64,000 nt of DNA from an uncultured Gammaproteobacteria bacterium (GCA_964524895.1 CAZGFG010000003.1:34023-98022), one strand, 5' to 3'. Counted from the stretch's first letter, positions 9,715 through 20,446 are shown. Program-made: numbers and translations. Notes: generated by a model from the sequence alone, not told the origin.

Positions 9715-10128
9715 ATGGCCAAAATTATCTCTAAACTTTTTCCGGTGTTAATATTGTGGTTTGCTTTTGTCTATGTGCTATTTAACGTTGATTACCCACA
9801 AACCCTGGTTCAAGCCTCTTGGTTTCAATTTATCAGCTTTTTCCTGACGCTTTTTTTGGCCATTTTATTTACCCTTAACATCTTTCTTAGTTTTTTGGCT
9901 GTTTCTTTCTTTATCTCTTTGGGCCTTATTATTTTGCTACTTCTGCAGGCCCTGCACACTCTCAATTTGGTTACGGGCATCCTTACTATTGTGGCAATTT
10001 GGCTGTTTATAAGTTATTTCAAAAAAGCCAAGAGGCCGAGGTTTACCAAATTCCAAATACCCAAGCTCCAATTGTCAAATAAGAATAATCGGAGTAAACT
10101 AAGAGGCTCACGAGGGAGGAGAGGCTAG
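9715..10128 (+). CDS. Hypothetical small polytopic membrane protein
   Basis: 137-aa ORF rich in F/L/I with about three TM segments and a basic tail. No T-box or other conserved leader motif was seen. Confidence 0.3.
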   Translation: MAKIISKLFPVLILWFAFVYVLFNVDYPQTLVQASWFQFISFFLTLFLAILFTLNIFLSFLAVSFFISLGLIILLLLQALHTLNLVTGILTIVAIWLFISYFKKAKRPRFTKFQIPKLQLSNKNNRSKLRGSRGRRG

Positions 10129-11544
10129 ATGAACAAATTTTACATAACTGCTGCCATACCATATGTCAATGCTAAACCGCATATAGGTCATGCTTTGGAG
10201 TTTATACAAACCGATACTATAGCCCGATATCACAAACTATTGGGAGAGCAAGTTTTGGCTTTATCAGGAGGAGATGAAAACGCCTTGAAAAATGTCCAAG
10301 CTGCAGAAGCCGCCGGTAAAAATATTCAGGAGTTTGTTGATAAAAATACCCAACTCTTTGCCGATGCTGCGAAAAAATTAAATGTCCTCTTCAATGTCTT
10401 CCAAAAGGGAAGCAGCCAAAATCATCATAGAGCATCGCAAAAGCTTTGGCAGCTTTGTGATGCAAACGGAGATATCTATCGCAAAGCTTACAAAGGCCTT
10501 TATTGTGTAGGCTGCGAAGCTTTCTATACCAAAGAAGAATTAAACGAGGCAGGGGAATGCTTCGAACATCCTGGGAAAAAGCTGGAGGAGGTTGAAGAAG
10601 AAAACTATTTTTTTAGACTTTCAAAATATCAGAATAAATTAGCTGAAATTATTCAGTCAGGAGAATATGAAATTATCCCAGAATTTAGAAAAAATGAGGT
10701 TTTGTCTTTTATACAAAGCGGCTTACAGGATTTTTCAATTTCCAGAAGTAATGAGCGAGCAAAGAACTGGGGAGTAGCTGTCCCAGGGGACAACAACCAA
10801 AGGATTTATGTTTGGTTTGATGCCTTAAATATTTATCAGTCAGGTGTAGGCTTTGGGTGGAATGAAGAAAAATACAAAAAATGGTGGCCGGCAGACGTGC
10901 ATGTGATTGGGAAAGGAATTATTAGATTCCACGCAGTTTACTGGCCAGCGATTTTACTTTCGGCCAGTCTCCCCCTACCTAAAAAATTATTTGTCCATGA
11001 ATACTTCACAGTAAACGGGCAAAAGATGTCCAAAACATTAGGCAATGTCTATGACCCTCTAGTAGCACTCGATAAGTTTGGGGTAGACGCGCTGCGCTAC
11101 TACTGTTTGGCCAAAATTTCACCTTTCCAGGATGGAGACTTCTCTGAAGAAAGACTAGCAGAAAGCTACAATGCTGATTTGGCTAATGGTTTAGGGAATT
11201 TGGTGGCTAGGGTGGCTAAGTTGGCTGAAACAAATAATTTAACTGCTCCAGAGCCACTTTTGGCATTTGACCCAAAGATGGAAAAGTCACTACAAGAGTT
11301 TAAATTTAATGAAGCTATAGCACATATTTGGCAAGAGGTAGCCGAGGCGGATAAAAAAGTCAGCGATGAAAAACCCTGGGAACTGGAAGGGGGAAAAGCC
11401 AAGGAGGTTTTAACCGATTTGGTTAAAAAAGTACAGCATATAGGGTATAACCTGCAGCCGTTTTTGCCGGAAACAGCGGAAAAGATCCTGAACCAATTTT
11501 CCGGAAAAGTAAAATCCGCACCACCCCTTTTCCCAAGAACATAA
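10129..11544 (+). CDS. metG: Methionyl-tRNA synthetase, short form without the C-terminal tRNA-binding domain
   Basis: HIGH motif PYVNAKPHIGHA, KMSKS motif KMSKTLGN, and a zinc-knuckle cysteine CVGCEAF. The ORF is 471 aa. Confidence 0.85.
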   Translation: MNKFYITAAIPYVNAKPHIGHALEFIQTDTIARYHKLLGEQVLALSGGDENALKNVQAAEAAGKNIQEFVDKNTQLFADAAKKLNVLFNVFQKGSSQNHHRASQKLWQLCDANGDIYRKAYKGLYCVGCEAFYTKEELNEAGECFEHPGKKLEEVEEENYFFRLSKYQNKLAEIIQSGEYEIIPEFRKNEVLSFIQSGLQDFSISRSNERAKNWGVAVPGDNNQRIYVWFDALNIYQSGVGFGWNEEKYKKWWPADVHVIGKGIIRFHAVYWPAILLSASLPLPKKLFVHEYFTVNGQKMSKTLGNVYDPLVALDKFGVDALRYYCLAKISPFQDGDFSEERLAESYNADLANGLGNLVARVAKLAETNNLTAPEPLLAFDPKMEKSLQEFKFNEAIAHIWQEVAEADKKVSDEKPWELEGGKAKEVLTDLVKKVQHIGYNLQPFLPETAEKILNQFSGKVKSAPPLFPRT

Positions 11545-12410
11545 TGTTAATTGATACCCATGCACATCTTTATTGGGAATCCTTTAAAAATGACCTTGAA
11601 GAAGTTATTCAACGTTCCCTTGAGGCGGATGTAAAAACCATAATCAATATTGGTGTGGATGTAAAAACCAGTCAGCTGGCTGCTGAATTGAAATCAGACA
11701 AAATTAAATTTTATAGCTCAATCGGCCTACATCCTCATGAAGCTTCTAAATATTATCACCCAAATTCTTCTCGTATTGATGTATCCATACACCAAGATCT
11801 AGAAAAATTGGGGGAGATATACAAAGAAAATTCCGATAAAGTTACCGCTGCCGGTGAATGTGGCTTAGACTTTGCTTTCGATCCACACTTTATGAAGTCT
11901 CCAGAAGGTACCCCCCTATTACCAAACCAGCTAAAGGATCTGCAAATAAGGCTCTTTGCAGCCCAAATCAAATTAGCACAAAAATTAGACCTTCCCCTGC
12001 TGGTTCATTGCCGAGATGATCGCTCTCAAAATCCACAAAATAGCGAGGCTTGGGATTTATGTCTTCAGATGATTGGAGACCACCCAGTACTCTTGCACTG
12101 TTATAGCGGACTGGTGGAGAGTACCAAAAAAGTTCTGCAGATGCCTAACGTTTTCGTGTCCTTTGCTGCAACAATCACCTATCCCAAAAATGAACATCTG
12201 CGTGAAGCTGCACAGTTCTTGCCCCTGCAAAAGATAGTTTTGGAAACAGATTGTCCCTTTCTCCCTCCGCAGTCCAAAAGAGGACAACGCAATGAACCTG
12301 CAGCAATCCAAGAGATAGCTTCCCTTATTGCCCAACTCAAAGGCATAAGCCTGGGGAAAGTCTGCAACCAAACTTCAGAAAATGCATCTACGCTCCTGAA
12401 GCTAAAATAA
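11544..12410 (+). CDS. tatD: TatD-family metal-dependent hydrolase (DNase)
   Basis: MLIDTHAHL start and ECGLDF, LLVHCRDD, LETDCPFL motifs. Overlaps the metG stop (TAATG). Confidence 0.8.
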   Translation: MLIDTHAHLYWESFKNDLEEVIQRSLEADVKTIINIGVDVKTSQLAAELKSDKIKFYSSIGLHPHEASKYYHPNSSRIDVSIHQDLEKLGEIYKENSDKVTAAGECGLDFAFDPHFMKSPEGTPLLPNQLKDLQIRLFAAQIKLAQKLDLPLLVHCRDDRSQNPQNSEAWDLCLQMIGDHPVLLHCYSGLVESTKKVLQMPNVFVSFAATITYPKNEHLREAAQFLPLQKIVLETDCPFLPPQSKRGQRNEPAAIQEIASLIAQLKGISLGKVCNQTSENASTLLKLK

Positions 12411-12411
12411 G

Positions 12412-14241
12412 TTGCTTTTGGGACCTATTTTCTTTAAACTTAAGCTTGCTATGAGAATTATCTTAGCCTTCATTGCAGGCTTACTGCTCTTTTTTTATCT
12501 ATCCGAATTCTATTATCGGATTAACAAGAAACACTCTTTTGGAATTTATCTAACCAACAGCCTGGTAGGACTCTCTTTAGGCTTGATAGGAACTTTTATT
12601 AGCTTCTTTGGAGCTAATATTTTACCCGGTATCAATGTTTTGCTAGGACTTTTTTTAATTGGAGGAGGATTGGGTATGGTTATTCATCACCTCCTTTCCA
12701 GACGATATTTAATTTCCGAAAGGCTGGAGAAAGATTTTGTCCTACGGCATGAGAATCTTTTCGAGAGGCTTTTGGAAATTCTCCCCGGCGCAACCACTTG
12801 GATAGCTCTCACCTCACCTGTCTGGCTTTCTTTTACACTCCCCTTTGCTGTGGCCTACTTAATTTTAATTGCCGATGTCTATTGGCTGATTACTGCCTTA
12901 AGAATTGGCGTCTTGATTCTGGTAGGTTTCAGAAAAATGGAGTGGGCTAAAAAACAAAACTGGTTGGAACTGCTAAAGCAAGATTTTCCAAATCAATGGG
13001 ATAAATATTATCACCTCATACTTATCCCTACCTATAAAGAACCCCTGGGGGTACTGACCCCCGCTTATGATGCGATTAAAAATTCCCCTTATCCTAAAGA
13101 TAAAATTTTCTTGGCGGTAGGATTTGAGGATCGGGACGACCCGGAAAAAATTCGAGAAGCTACTAAATATTTAGGCAGTTTGGGTAAGGAAATTGCTGGG
13201 GTATTTGCTACTGTTCACCCTTTCGGTTTACCGGGAGAAGTACCGGGACCGGGGTCTAATAGAAACTGGATGATCAACCATGCTGTTTCGGAACTTGCCA
13301 AAATGGGTATTAAGCCTAATCAAGTCCTAACAACCACTTTGGATGCAGATTTTGTTATACATCCCCAATTCTTAGCCGGGGCTTTACATAAATACCTCTC
13401 TTTACCCCAAAGCGTTCGAGATCGCCGAAGCCTTACCGGTATATTCCTTTACCACAACAATTATTGGCAAACCCCCACTCCTATGAGGCTTATGGCAACC
13501 GGAACCAGCTTTTGGCAATTGGCCGAGATGGTGGGAAGCGATAAATATATCAATTACTCCTCCCTATCTATGAATTTGCAATCACTGCTGGATATCGGTC
13601 TGTGGATGCCGGACAAAGTGAACGATGACTCGGGATTTTATTGGAAAGCCTATTATCATTACAACGGAGATTATAAGGTCCTTCCTCATTTTCTGCCTAT
13701 ATCTGCAGATGCGGTTCAGGATAAAACCATGTTAAAAACTTTTCAAAATCAATATCTACAAATCAAACGCTGGGCTTACGGGGTTGAACATATCCCCTTT
13801 ATCGTTAAACAATATTTTAAAAAGGAGGTAGATTTTTGGGACAAAACCGATAAGCTGATTTTTGTAATTTGGGGATATCTGAAATGGGGGTTTTTGGCAA
13901 TCTTTATTACATTTGGTAGCTTACTAATTCCTCTAGCCAATCCAAATTTTAAAGAATCCGTCCTATCTATTAATTTACCTATTGTTTCGTCTTGGATATT
14001 AACCGCAGCCTTTTTGGGCCTTTTTGCAACTATCTATGTCCATGAGAAAACTGCCCCAAAAAGACCTGCCAGTTGGTCTTTTTTCAAAAGAACTTGGTCA
14101 TACATCCAATGGTTACTGGTTCCTATCATCTTAATAACCATTTCTTCTATTCCGGCCATTGATGCCCAAACTTCTCTGATGTTCGGGAAAAGACTGGAGT
14201 TTAGAGTCACAAACAAAGCCAGGCTGGCAGAAAAAGCATGA
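12412..14241 (+). CDS. Membrane-embedded family 2 glycosyltransferase (processive synthase-like)
   Basis: N-terminal TM block, then GT2-A fold signature ILIPTYKEP...FLAVGFEDRDD and DxD-like TTLDADFV. C-terminal multi-TM domain. Confidence 0.5.
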   Translation: MLLGPIFFKLKLAMRIILAFIAGLLLFFYLSEFYYRINKKHSFGIYLTNSLVGLSLGLIGTFISFFGANILPGINVLLGLFLIGGGLGMVIHHLLSRRYLISERLEKDFVLRHENLFERLLEILPGATTWIALTSPVWLSFTLPFAVAYLILIADVYWLITALRIGVLILVGFRKMEWAKKQNWLELLKQDFPNQWDKYYHLILIPTYKEPLGVLTPAYDAIKNSPYPKDKIFLAVGFEDRDDPEKIREATKYLGSLGKEIAGVFATVHPFGLPGEVPGPGSNRNWMINHAVSELAKMGIKPNQVLTTTLDADFVIHPQFLAGALHKYLSLPQSVRDRRSLTGIFLYHNNYWQTPTPMRLMATGTSFWQLAEMVGSDKYINYSSLSMNLQSLLDIGLWMPDKVNDDSGFYWKAYYHYNGDYKVLPHFLPISADAVQDKTMLKTFQNQYLQIKRWAYGVEHIPFIVKQYFKKEVDFWDKTDKLIFVIWGYLKWGFLAIFITFGSLLIPLANPNFKESVLSINLPIVSSWILTAAFLGLFATIYVHEKTAPKRPASWSFFKRTWSYIQWLLVPIILITISSIPAIDAQTSLMFGKRLEFRVTNKARLAEKA

Positions 14242-14606
14242 ATAATTTTAAACACTCCTCTAAAATTGGGCAGTCTATTAATCTAAAATCCGTTATTGGG
14301 CTAAACATGATCCCAATAGCAGTAGCCTTGCTGACAGGTTTGGTGATTATAATCTTATTTAGGTATTTGCCCAAAGAAATGCCGCTTTTTTACTCGATGC
14401 CTTGGGGAAAAAAGCAATTGGCGAACCCTCAACAATTTTTTGTAATTCCTTTTCTGATGATATTGGTCACCTTCATAAATCAAATAATTGCTTGGCAGTT
14501 GCATGAGTCACAAAAATTTTTTAAAAAAATACTTCTGATAACTTCATTTGTGGCAAGCGGGATATTGATCATTACTTTCATTAGAATTATCTGGATATTT
14601 ATATAG
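14238..14606 (+). CDS. Small 3-4 TM membrane protein, possibly a GtrA-like accessory to the flanking glycosyltransferases
   Basis: 122 aa and hydrophobic. Overlaps the upstream gene by 4 nt and abuts the downstream gene. Confidence 0.35.
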   Translation: MNNFKHSSKIGQSINLKSVIGLNMIPIAVALLTGLVIIILFRYLPKEMPLFYSMPWGKKQLANPQQFFVIPFLMILVTFINQIIAWQLHESQKFFKKILLITSFVASGILIITFIRIIWIFI

Positions 14607-15695
14607 ATGGAATTTATATTACCTGCAGTTGCGTCTTTAGTAATTACTTCGGCAGCTGTATTCCCCACTATTTGGATTGCAAAAAAATACCGTTTATTAA
14701 ACGACCCCAGTCAAAGACCCCATCCTGCTCATGTCCAAAATCGTATCATTCCCAGAGCGGGGGGCTTGGCAATCTTTGCGGGTATCTGTATATCCATACT
14801 GCTGTTTCTACCACTGGAGAAACACATCCTAGGAATTCTTCTTTCTCTTTTAATACTGCTGGTTGTCGGGCTGATTGATGATAAGTACAAAAACTTTTCA
14901 CCATACATCAGGCTGTTAACCCAGTTTCTAGTAGCATTAATTGTAGTCGGCTCCGGCATTGGGATCACTTTTATTACCAATCCTTTAGGAGGTATTATTC
15001 GGCTTGATTCCATTGTTTTACCGGTCAATCTTGGGGGGTTCCATCAGATCATCTTAATTGCCGACTTTTTTGCATTGATTTGGATAGTCTGGATGATGAA
15101 TATGGTCAACTGGTCAAAAGGGGTGGATGGACAAATGCCGGGGATTATTTTAATAGCAGCTCTGATTTTAGGGTTTTTATCTATAAAGCTGGGAGTTTTG
15201 GAAAATGACCCAAACCAAATTACCATCGCTAAATTAGCTTTTATCACAGCCGGTGCATCTTTAGGGTTCTTACTTTTTAACTGGTATCCGGCTAAGATTT
15301 TACCCGGTTTTTCCGGTTCTACTATTTTGGGTTTTATGATAGCAGTTTTATCAATTTTATCGGGAGCTAAACTGGCAACTGCCGGGCTGGTGTTACTTGT
15401 ACCTGCCACCGACTTTTTTTATACATTTATAAGAAGAATTCTTCAGGGAAAATCTCCTGTGTGGGGAGACAGGGGTCATCTGCATCACAAATTATTGGAT
15501 TTGGGGTTTTCTCACTCCCAAATAGCCTTGTTTTACATTATAGGAAGTGTTATTCTGGGTGCAGCCGCCTTAAGCTTGGATAGTAAGAATAAACTTTTTG
15601 CGGCTGTCTTATTAGGAACAATAATTTTGGGATCAATTTTATGGTTACACTTTTTTGGGGAATTTTCAAAGCGGTCCGGCCCCGGCAATGGATAA
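14607..15695 (+). CDS. Polyprenyl-phosphate sugar-1-phosphate transferase (WecA/MraY family, GT4-type)
   Basis: About 10 TM segments. Motifs LVVGLIDDKYK and MMNMVNWSKGVDGQ (NxxNxxDGxDG). Cytoplasmic loops are typical of MraY/WecA. Confidence 0.7.
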   Translation: MEFILPAVASLVITSAAVFPTIWIAKKYRLLNDPSQRPHPAHVQNRIIPRAGGLAIFAGICISILLFLPLEKHILGILLSLLILLVVGLIDDKYKNFSPYIRLLTQFLVALIVVGSGIGITFITNPLGGIIRLDSIVLPVNLGGFHQIILIADFFALIWIVWMMNMVNWSKGVDGQMPGIILIAALILGFLSIKLGVLENDPNQITIAKLAFITAGASLGFLLFNWYPAKILPGFSGSTILGFMIAVLSILSGAKLATAGLVLLVPATDFFYTFIRRILQGKSPVWGDRGHLHHKLLDLGFSHSQIALFYIIGSVILGAAALSLDSKNKLFAAVLLGTIILGSILWLHFFGEFSKRSGPGNG

Positions 15696-16573
15696 AAAAT
15701 TTTGCTGTTTTTGCAGCACTTATTTTTTCCGGAGCCCTGCTTGACCACTCTGCACAGTTAAATACTCTATTTGCTTTCCTGCTTTTTTGCGGTTTTTCTT
15801 CAGCTACTTACTTATTGAATGATGTTTTTGACGTTGAGCGTGACCGACTACACCCTTTTAAAAGGAAGCGGCCTGTTGCATCCGGGATTGTCCCTATACC
15901 TTTAGCAATAAGTTTGTCTTTGGGTTTGATAATCATCCTACTACCTCTTGCATATAAGCTATCTCCGGCATTCTTTTTGGCTTCAGTTACCTATTTAGTT
16001 TTACAACTCTTTTATTCGTTTTATTTAAAACAGGTTATTTTACTCGATGTTATGGTTATAGCTACCGGTTTTGTCTTACGGGTCTATGCCGGAGTCTGGG
16101 CGATAGATGCCCATCTAAATGTTTGGTTTCTTCTGTCTGTTACCTCATTCGCGCTCTTTCTGGCCATCGGTAAAAGAAGATCGGAGTTAACCTTAATGCA
16201 AACTCAAGCATCTAAACACCGGGAAACTTTGTCACATTATCCGGAGAATTTGTTAGATATCCTTACTTCTATGTTTGCCAACTCTACTTGGCTAACTTAT
16301 GCTTTTTTTGCGTTTTTGCAACCTCCAATAGTAGCAAAAAATATCTTCTCCAACTTCTTTGTAGATTTGGAGCTCCCCTTTACCCAAGCCAAATATCTGA
16401 TGGCCACAGTACCAATAGTCATCTATGCAGTTATGCGGTATCTCTATATAATCTATGAGAAAAAAGAAGGAGAGTCTCCGGAGAGGGTAATTCTGACAGA
16501 TACTCCTCTGCTAGTTACAGTTTTACTCTGGCTAATAATGGTGGTCGGAATGATCTACTATTTAGGAGTTTGA
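15641..16573 (+). CDS. UbiA-family prenyl-phosphate phosphoribosyltransferase-like protein (DPPR synthase-like)
   Basis: RPRQWIKN at the N-terminus. NDVFDVERDRLHPFKRKRPVASG matches the UbiA Asp-rich motif as it occurs in decaprenyl-phosphate phosphoribosyltransferases. Polytopic. Confidence 0.6.
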   Translation: MVTLFWGIFKAVRPRQWIKNFAVFAALIFSGALLDHSAQLNTLFAFLLFCGFSSATYLLNDVFDVERDRLHPFKRKRPVASGIVPIPLAISLSLGLIIILLPLAYKLSPAFFLASVTYLVLQLFYSFYLKQVILLDVMVIATGFVLRVYAGVWAIDAHLNVWFLLSVTSFALFLAIGKRRSELTLMQTQASKHRETLSHYPENLLDILTSMFANSTWLTYAFFAFLQPPIVAKNIFSNFFVDLELPFTQAKYLMATVPIVIYAVMRYLYIIYEKKEGESPERVILTDTPLLVTVLLWLIMVVGMIYYLGV

Positions 16574-17373
16574 ACCTCTTCTTTTTTTTCAACATAGGCA
16601 GAAGACACAAATCCTTCCGCCCCATCCGATAATCTTACTCTATCCCAAGACCCTTCCTCCAAAAGTATCAACTCGTCTCCGGGATTCACCCTGGCAATCT
16701 CCTTACCCAACAGAGAACCTTTATCCCGAACGCGGAGAAAACCAGTGGGGGTCTCTTTTACGGTTACCATTGGAGTAGTCGTAGTAACCGGTGTTGAGGG
16801 GGTAGCCAGATCAACTTCAGATAAAGCCAGATCAACCGTAATAACTAGGTTGTAGTTTTCTGGAAGGTTAGCTCTGATACTTCTTTTAAGATAATTATTA
16901 TGGCTTAGAGCAAAAGTGTGCTCCCCGGTTGGGATATCTACCGACAAAGGAGTATGCCCATAATATTTTCCATCAATTTCGACTTGAGTATCGGAGGGAT
17001 TGGAGATAAGAGTCACCCCTTTACCCTTCTCGAGTGTGAGTGTTTCACCTGCCGAAGAGGTTCCATCTTTTGACAGCTCACGGTTGACTACTGTTAAAGT
17101 ACCGGGGGCCAGGCTTATTTTCCCCTGCCAAAAAGCATTTTCTTTCTCGATCCGCAATTCATAATCTTGATTTACTAGGTCCTCACTTTCATAGGGGGTC
17201 TTACCAACTTCCTTATTCTCAATTTTAACAATTGCATTCTCCGGCAAAGACAATACCCTGATTCCGCTCTTTTCCTTAATCCCTAAAAAAATTACGGCCG
17301 GATTCGCAGCAAATCTAACTACTAAAAAAAGGAGGCCAATAAGAGCCAAAATCCAAATAATTATCTTTTTCAT
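16558..17373 (-). CDS. Membrane-anchored PEGA-domain plus SH3b-domain protein
   Basis: Start placed at the internal ATG (MKKIIIWILALIGLL). PEGA-like AIVKIENKEVGKTPYESEDL. C-terminal SH3b-like GFLRVRDKGSLLGKEIARVNPGDELILLEEGSWDRVRLSDGAEGFVSSAYV. Confidence 0.5.
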   Translation of the reverse strand: MKKIIIWILALIGLLFLVVRFAANPAVIFLGIKEKSGIRVLSLPENAIVKIENKEVGKTPYESEDLVNQDYELRIEKENAFWQGKISLAPGTLTVVNRELSKDGTSSAGETLTLEKGKGVTLISNPSDTQVEIDGKYYGHTPLSVDIPTGEHTFALSHNNYLKRSIRANLPENYNLVITVDLALSEVDLATPSTPVTTTTPMVTVKETPTGFLRVRDKGSLLGKEIARVNPGDELILLEEGSWDRVRLSDGAEGFVSSAYVEKKEEVQTPK

Positions 17374-17397
17374 CTTCAATATTATACACTGTCTCTT

Positions 17398-17426
17398 TTG
17401 ACTTTTGATCTTGAGTTTGATATGAT
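17398..17426 (+). promoter_or_regulatory. Candidate sigma70-type promoter for the M23 peptidase gene
   Basis: TTGACT, a 17-nt spacer, then TATGAT. It lies about 25 nt upstream of the TTG/GTG start region. Confidence 0.3.
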
Positions 17427-17449
17427 ATTGCCTCCCCAAGCTGACAAGC

Positions 17450-18187
17450 TTGGGTTTTGTGTTAAATATAACTTTACAAAATCTTCTGCCTAAAGAAGTT
17501 TATAAAGGGGTCGCCCTAAATTATAAACTTCCCAACATTAAGCCAAAGATTATAAAGGGGTTTAGGCGGCTTACTAAATACTTTTCCAAAATTACCCTTG
17601 GGATTTTTATCCTCTTCTATTTTTTGGGGTACTATCCTACTTTAACCATCCCACCCCTTAGACAAAGTGTAGTTTTAGCAGATAACCAAGTTCAGAAGCA
17701 GGAGATTATCGCTGCTTCTTTTCCGCAGCCGGTAGTACTACCCCATCCAGGTTATATTTCTACTAACTTCTCAAGATATCATCCCGGGCTAGACATTGCT
17801 GCCGGATTGGGTATGCCTATTCACCCAATTACCAAAGGTATAGTTGATGAGGTAAATTTTGGGTTTTTGGGATATGGTAACAATGTTATGGTTATTCATG
17901 AAAATGGATTTAAATCCCTTTATGCTCATATGGGAAGGATTTATGTGAAGAGAGGTCAACAAGTAAGCGTGGATACTACCCTAGGAACTGTTGGATTAAC
18001 CGGTCATACTTCCGGCCCTCACACTCATTTAGAGATTACCAAAGATGGCAAATATATCGATCCCTTGACTATCCTTCCTCCATTACCTGATTATCCTGTA
18101 GAAGAAGCTTTTAAACCGGTAGAGGAAGTGGTTATTCTTGAGGAACCTTCCCAGCTTCATAAAACTCTGCGGCCTGATTTTAGCTAA
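17450..18187 (+). CDS. M23-family metallopeptidase (LytM-like)
   Basis: HPGLDIAAGLGMPIHPI, NNVMVIHENGFKSLYAHM, GLTGHTSGPHTHLEI (HxxxD and HxH motifs). N-terminal TM. The ORF track start is a non-ATG (TTG) codon. Confidence 0.75.
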   Translation: MGFVLNITLQNLLPKEVYKGVALNYKLPNIKPKIIKGFRRLTKYFSKITLGIFILFYFLGYYPTLTIPPLRQSVVLADNQVQKQEIIAASFPQPVVLPHPGYISTNFSRYHPGLDIAAGLGMPIHPITKGIVDEVNFGFLGYGNNVMVIHENGFKSLYAHMGRIYVKRGQQVSVDTTLGTVGLTGHTSGPHTHLEITKDGKYIDPLTILPPLPDYPVEEAFKPVEEVVILEEPSQLHKTLRPDFS

Positions 18188-18190
18188 AGA

Positions 18191-18784
18191 TTATTCAACT
18201 ATCTCGCCTTCAACCGCAGATAGTGAAACTGCCTGCTTGCCGTATTGCTCCCGTTCTCTATTAATCAAGCGTTCCAATAAATTCTTAAGCTCTATCGGGT
18301 AATCAACGTGTCTTAATACTATCTCAACTTTATTCATACCGGCAGTGTTTATGACTATATCTCCATGATGCAAAAACATCCTATCTATAAAGGGTTGTAA
18401 TACTTCCAAATGGGTAATTTTATCCAGAAGGGTAGTGCTTAACTTAACGGAAAAAAGTCCTTGCTTAATTATTACCCGACGGGTAGTTAGGAGGTATCGG
18501 TTAGCATGGAACAACCACAAAGTTTTTAATACAGCAGCGGTAAGTGCCATGATTATAGACAATAATAGGGTCACTTTTATATCCCACTTTAAAACCCAGC
18601 CCATAAAATAGCCCAGAGAGCCAAACAAAATTCCCGGGAATAAAAGATATATGGCAAACTTGGAACGGATATAGGCAGCGGAAAATCCTGTTACTAAGAT
18701 CAGCTCTTCGTCTTCGGATAGATAAGGCTTGAATGCAGCTCTTTGGGTAACAGTTGGAGAGTCTTTGTAATGAAACTTGGCCAT
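18191..18784 (-). CDS. Bacterial PH-domain (bPH_2/YdbS-like) membrane protein
   Basis: Two N-terminal TM helices, then NRYLLTTRRVIIKQGLFSVKLSTTLLDKITHLEV, which is typical of bPH_2. Confidence 0.5.
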   Translation of the reverse strand: MAKFHYKDSPTVTQRAAFKPYLSEDEELILVTGFSAAYIRSKFAIYLLFPGILFGSLGYFMGWVLKWDIKVTLLLSIIMALTAAVLKTLWLFHANRYLLTTRRVIIKQGLFSVKLSTTLLDKITHLEVLQPFIDRMFLHHGDIVINTAGMNKVEIVLRHVDYPIELKNLLERLINREREQYGKQAVSLSAVEGEIVE

Positions 18785-18823
18785 TAACTCTATTGTATCA
18801 AATCAACAGAGAGTTTATTCAGT

Positions 18824-20443
18824 TTAATACTCACCCATGCCTGGCATACCGGGAGGTGGGGGTGGTGCGGGAGGTTCCGGTTTATCGGCGATCAGAACAT
18901 TGGTAGTCATTATCATAGCAGCAACCGATGCCGCATTTTGCAAAGCCGATCTGGTAACTTTAACAGGGTCTATTACACCGGCCTTAACCAAATCTTTCAA
19001 CTCTCCATCATTTACATCTACTCCAAAATTCTCTCCTGATTCTAAAACCACTTTCATCATCATCCCGGCATTAAACCCGGCATTTTCCATTAGTTTGTTA
19101 AACGGCCCTTCGATTGCTTTGCCTACTATCACAAGCCCGGTTTTCTCTTCACCTTCAGCTTTAATGTTTTTCAAAACCTTGGAGGCCCGAAGTAAGGCTA
19201 CTTCCCCGCCCGGGACAATCCCTTCCTCTATCGCTGCTTTGGTAGCTGCCACCGCATCTATCACCCGCTCCTTCTTCTCCCTCATCTCAATCTCGGTAGC
19301 AGCACCGACATTGATTACGGCTACTCCACCCGTTAATTTAGCCAGTCTTTCCTGCAGCTTTTCTTTATCAAACTCGGAGTCAGTTGCTTCCAGTTCTCTT
19401 CTGATTTGAGAAATTCTGGCTTCTATTGCGCTTTTTTTGCCTTTACCGTCAACAATTAACGTCGTATCTTTGGTGGAAGTTACCCTCGCTGCCCTACCCA
19501 AATCCTCAATCTCTACCGACTCGATCTTTTTACCGGTATCTTCGGAGATAACAGTTCCCCCTGTTAATATGGCTATGTCTTGCAACATCTCTTTTCTCCT
19601 GTCACCAAAGCCGGGGGCCTGTACGGCCAAGACATTAAACCCTCCGCGCAACTTATTTACTATCAACAGAGCTAATGCTTCACTTTCTACCTCATCGGCA
19701 ATAATCACCATGTTTTTGGATACCTGGACAAACTTTTCCAAAAACGGCACTAAATCCGCAGCTGTAGAAATCTTTTTATCGGTGATTAAAATATAGGGGT
19801 CTTCTATGGAGGCCTCCATCTTATCGGTATCGGTTACAAAGTAGGGAGAAGCAAAGCCTTTATCAAATTCCATCCCTTCTTTATATTCCACATTCATCTC
19901 CAAAGTCTTACCCTCTTCCACTGTAATCACTCCGTCTTTACCAACCTTGGCTAAAGCTTGCGAAATCAATCTACCAATCTCTTCGTTTTGAGCGGAGATT
20001 GTTGCCACCTGGGTGATCTCTTCCGGGGTGGTCAATTTTTTACTCATCTTGGAAAGTTCATCTACTAATGCTTCTACCCCCCGCTCTATCCCTTTTCTTA
20101 GAATCATCGGGTTAGATCCGGCCTGGATATTTTTTAATCCCTCGGAAACCATAGCCTGGGATAAGATGGTAGCAGTAGTAGTACCATCTCCGGCTACATC
20201 GTTGGTCTTACTGGCTGCTTCTTTCAAAAGCTGTGCTCCCATATTTTCAAAAGGATCTTCCAACTCTATTTCTTTGGCAACAGTTACCCCGTCATGGACT
20301 ACATTAGGAGCTCCCCATTTTTTATCCAAGGCTACATTTCTACCCTTGGGGCCCAAAGTAGAAGCCACAGCCTCTGTTAAGGTATTTATACCTTTTAGTA
20401 ATTTCTCCCTTGCTTCAGAATCAAATTTTAAGATTTTTGCCAT
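18824..20443 (-). CDS. groL: Chaperonin GroEL
   Basis: Full-length Hsp60: [32 protein letters not shown], and a C-terminal GGM-like tail [12 protein letters not shown]. Confidence 0.95.
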   Translation of the reverse strand: MAKILKFDSEAREKLLKGINTLTEAVASTLGPKGRNVALDKKWGAPNVVHDGVTVAKEIELEDPFENMGAQLLKEAASKTNDVAGDGTTTATILSQAMVSEGLKNIQAGSNPMILRKGIERGVEALVDELSKMSKKLTTPEEITQVATISAQNEEIGRLISQALAKVGKDGVITVEEGKTLEMNVEYKEGMEFDKGFASPYFVTDTDKMEASIEDPYILITDKKISTAADLVPFLEKFVQVSKNMVIIADEVESEALALLIVNKLRGGFNVLAVQAPGFGDRRKEMLQDIAILTGGTVISEDTGKKIESVEIEDLGRAARVTSTKDTTLIVDGKGKKSAIEARISQIRRELEATDSEFDKEKLQERLAKLTGGVAVINVGAATEIEMREKKERVIDAVAATKAAIEEGIVPGGEVALLRASKVLKNIKAEGEEKTGLVIVGKAIEGPFNKLMENAGFNAGMMMKVVLESGENFGVDVNDGELKDLVKAGVIDPVKVTRSALQNAASVAAMIMTTNVLIADKPEPPAPPPPPGMPGMGEY

Positions 20444-20446
20444 ATA

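Noticed and set aside
9683-10128. Possible T-box leader upstream of metG
   Set aside because: No GGGTGGNACCGCG-like core or terminator was found. The region is occupied by a plausible small membrane-protein ORF.
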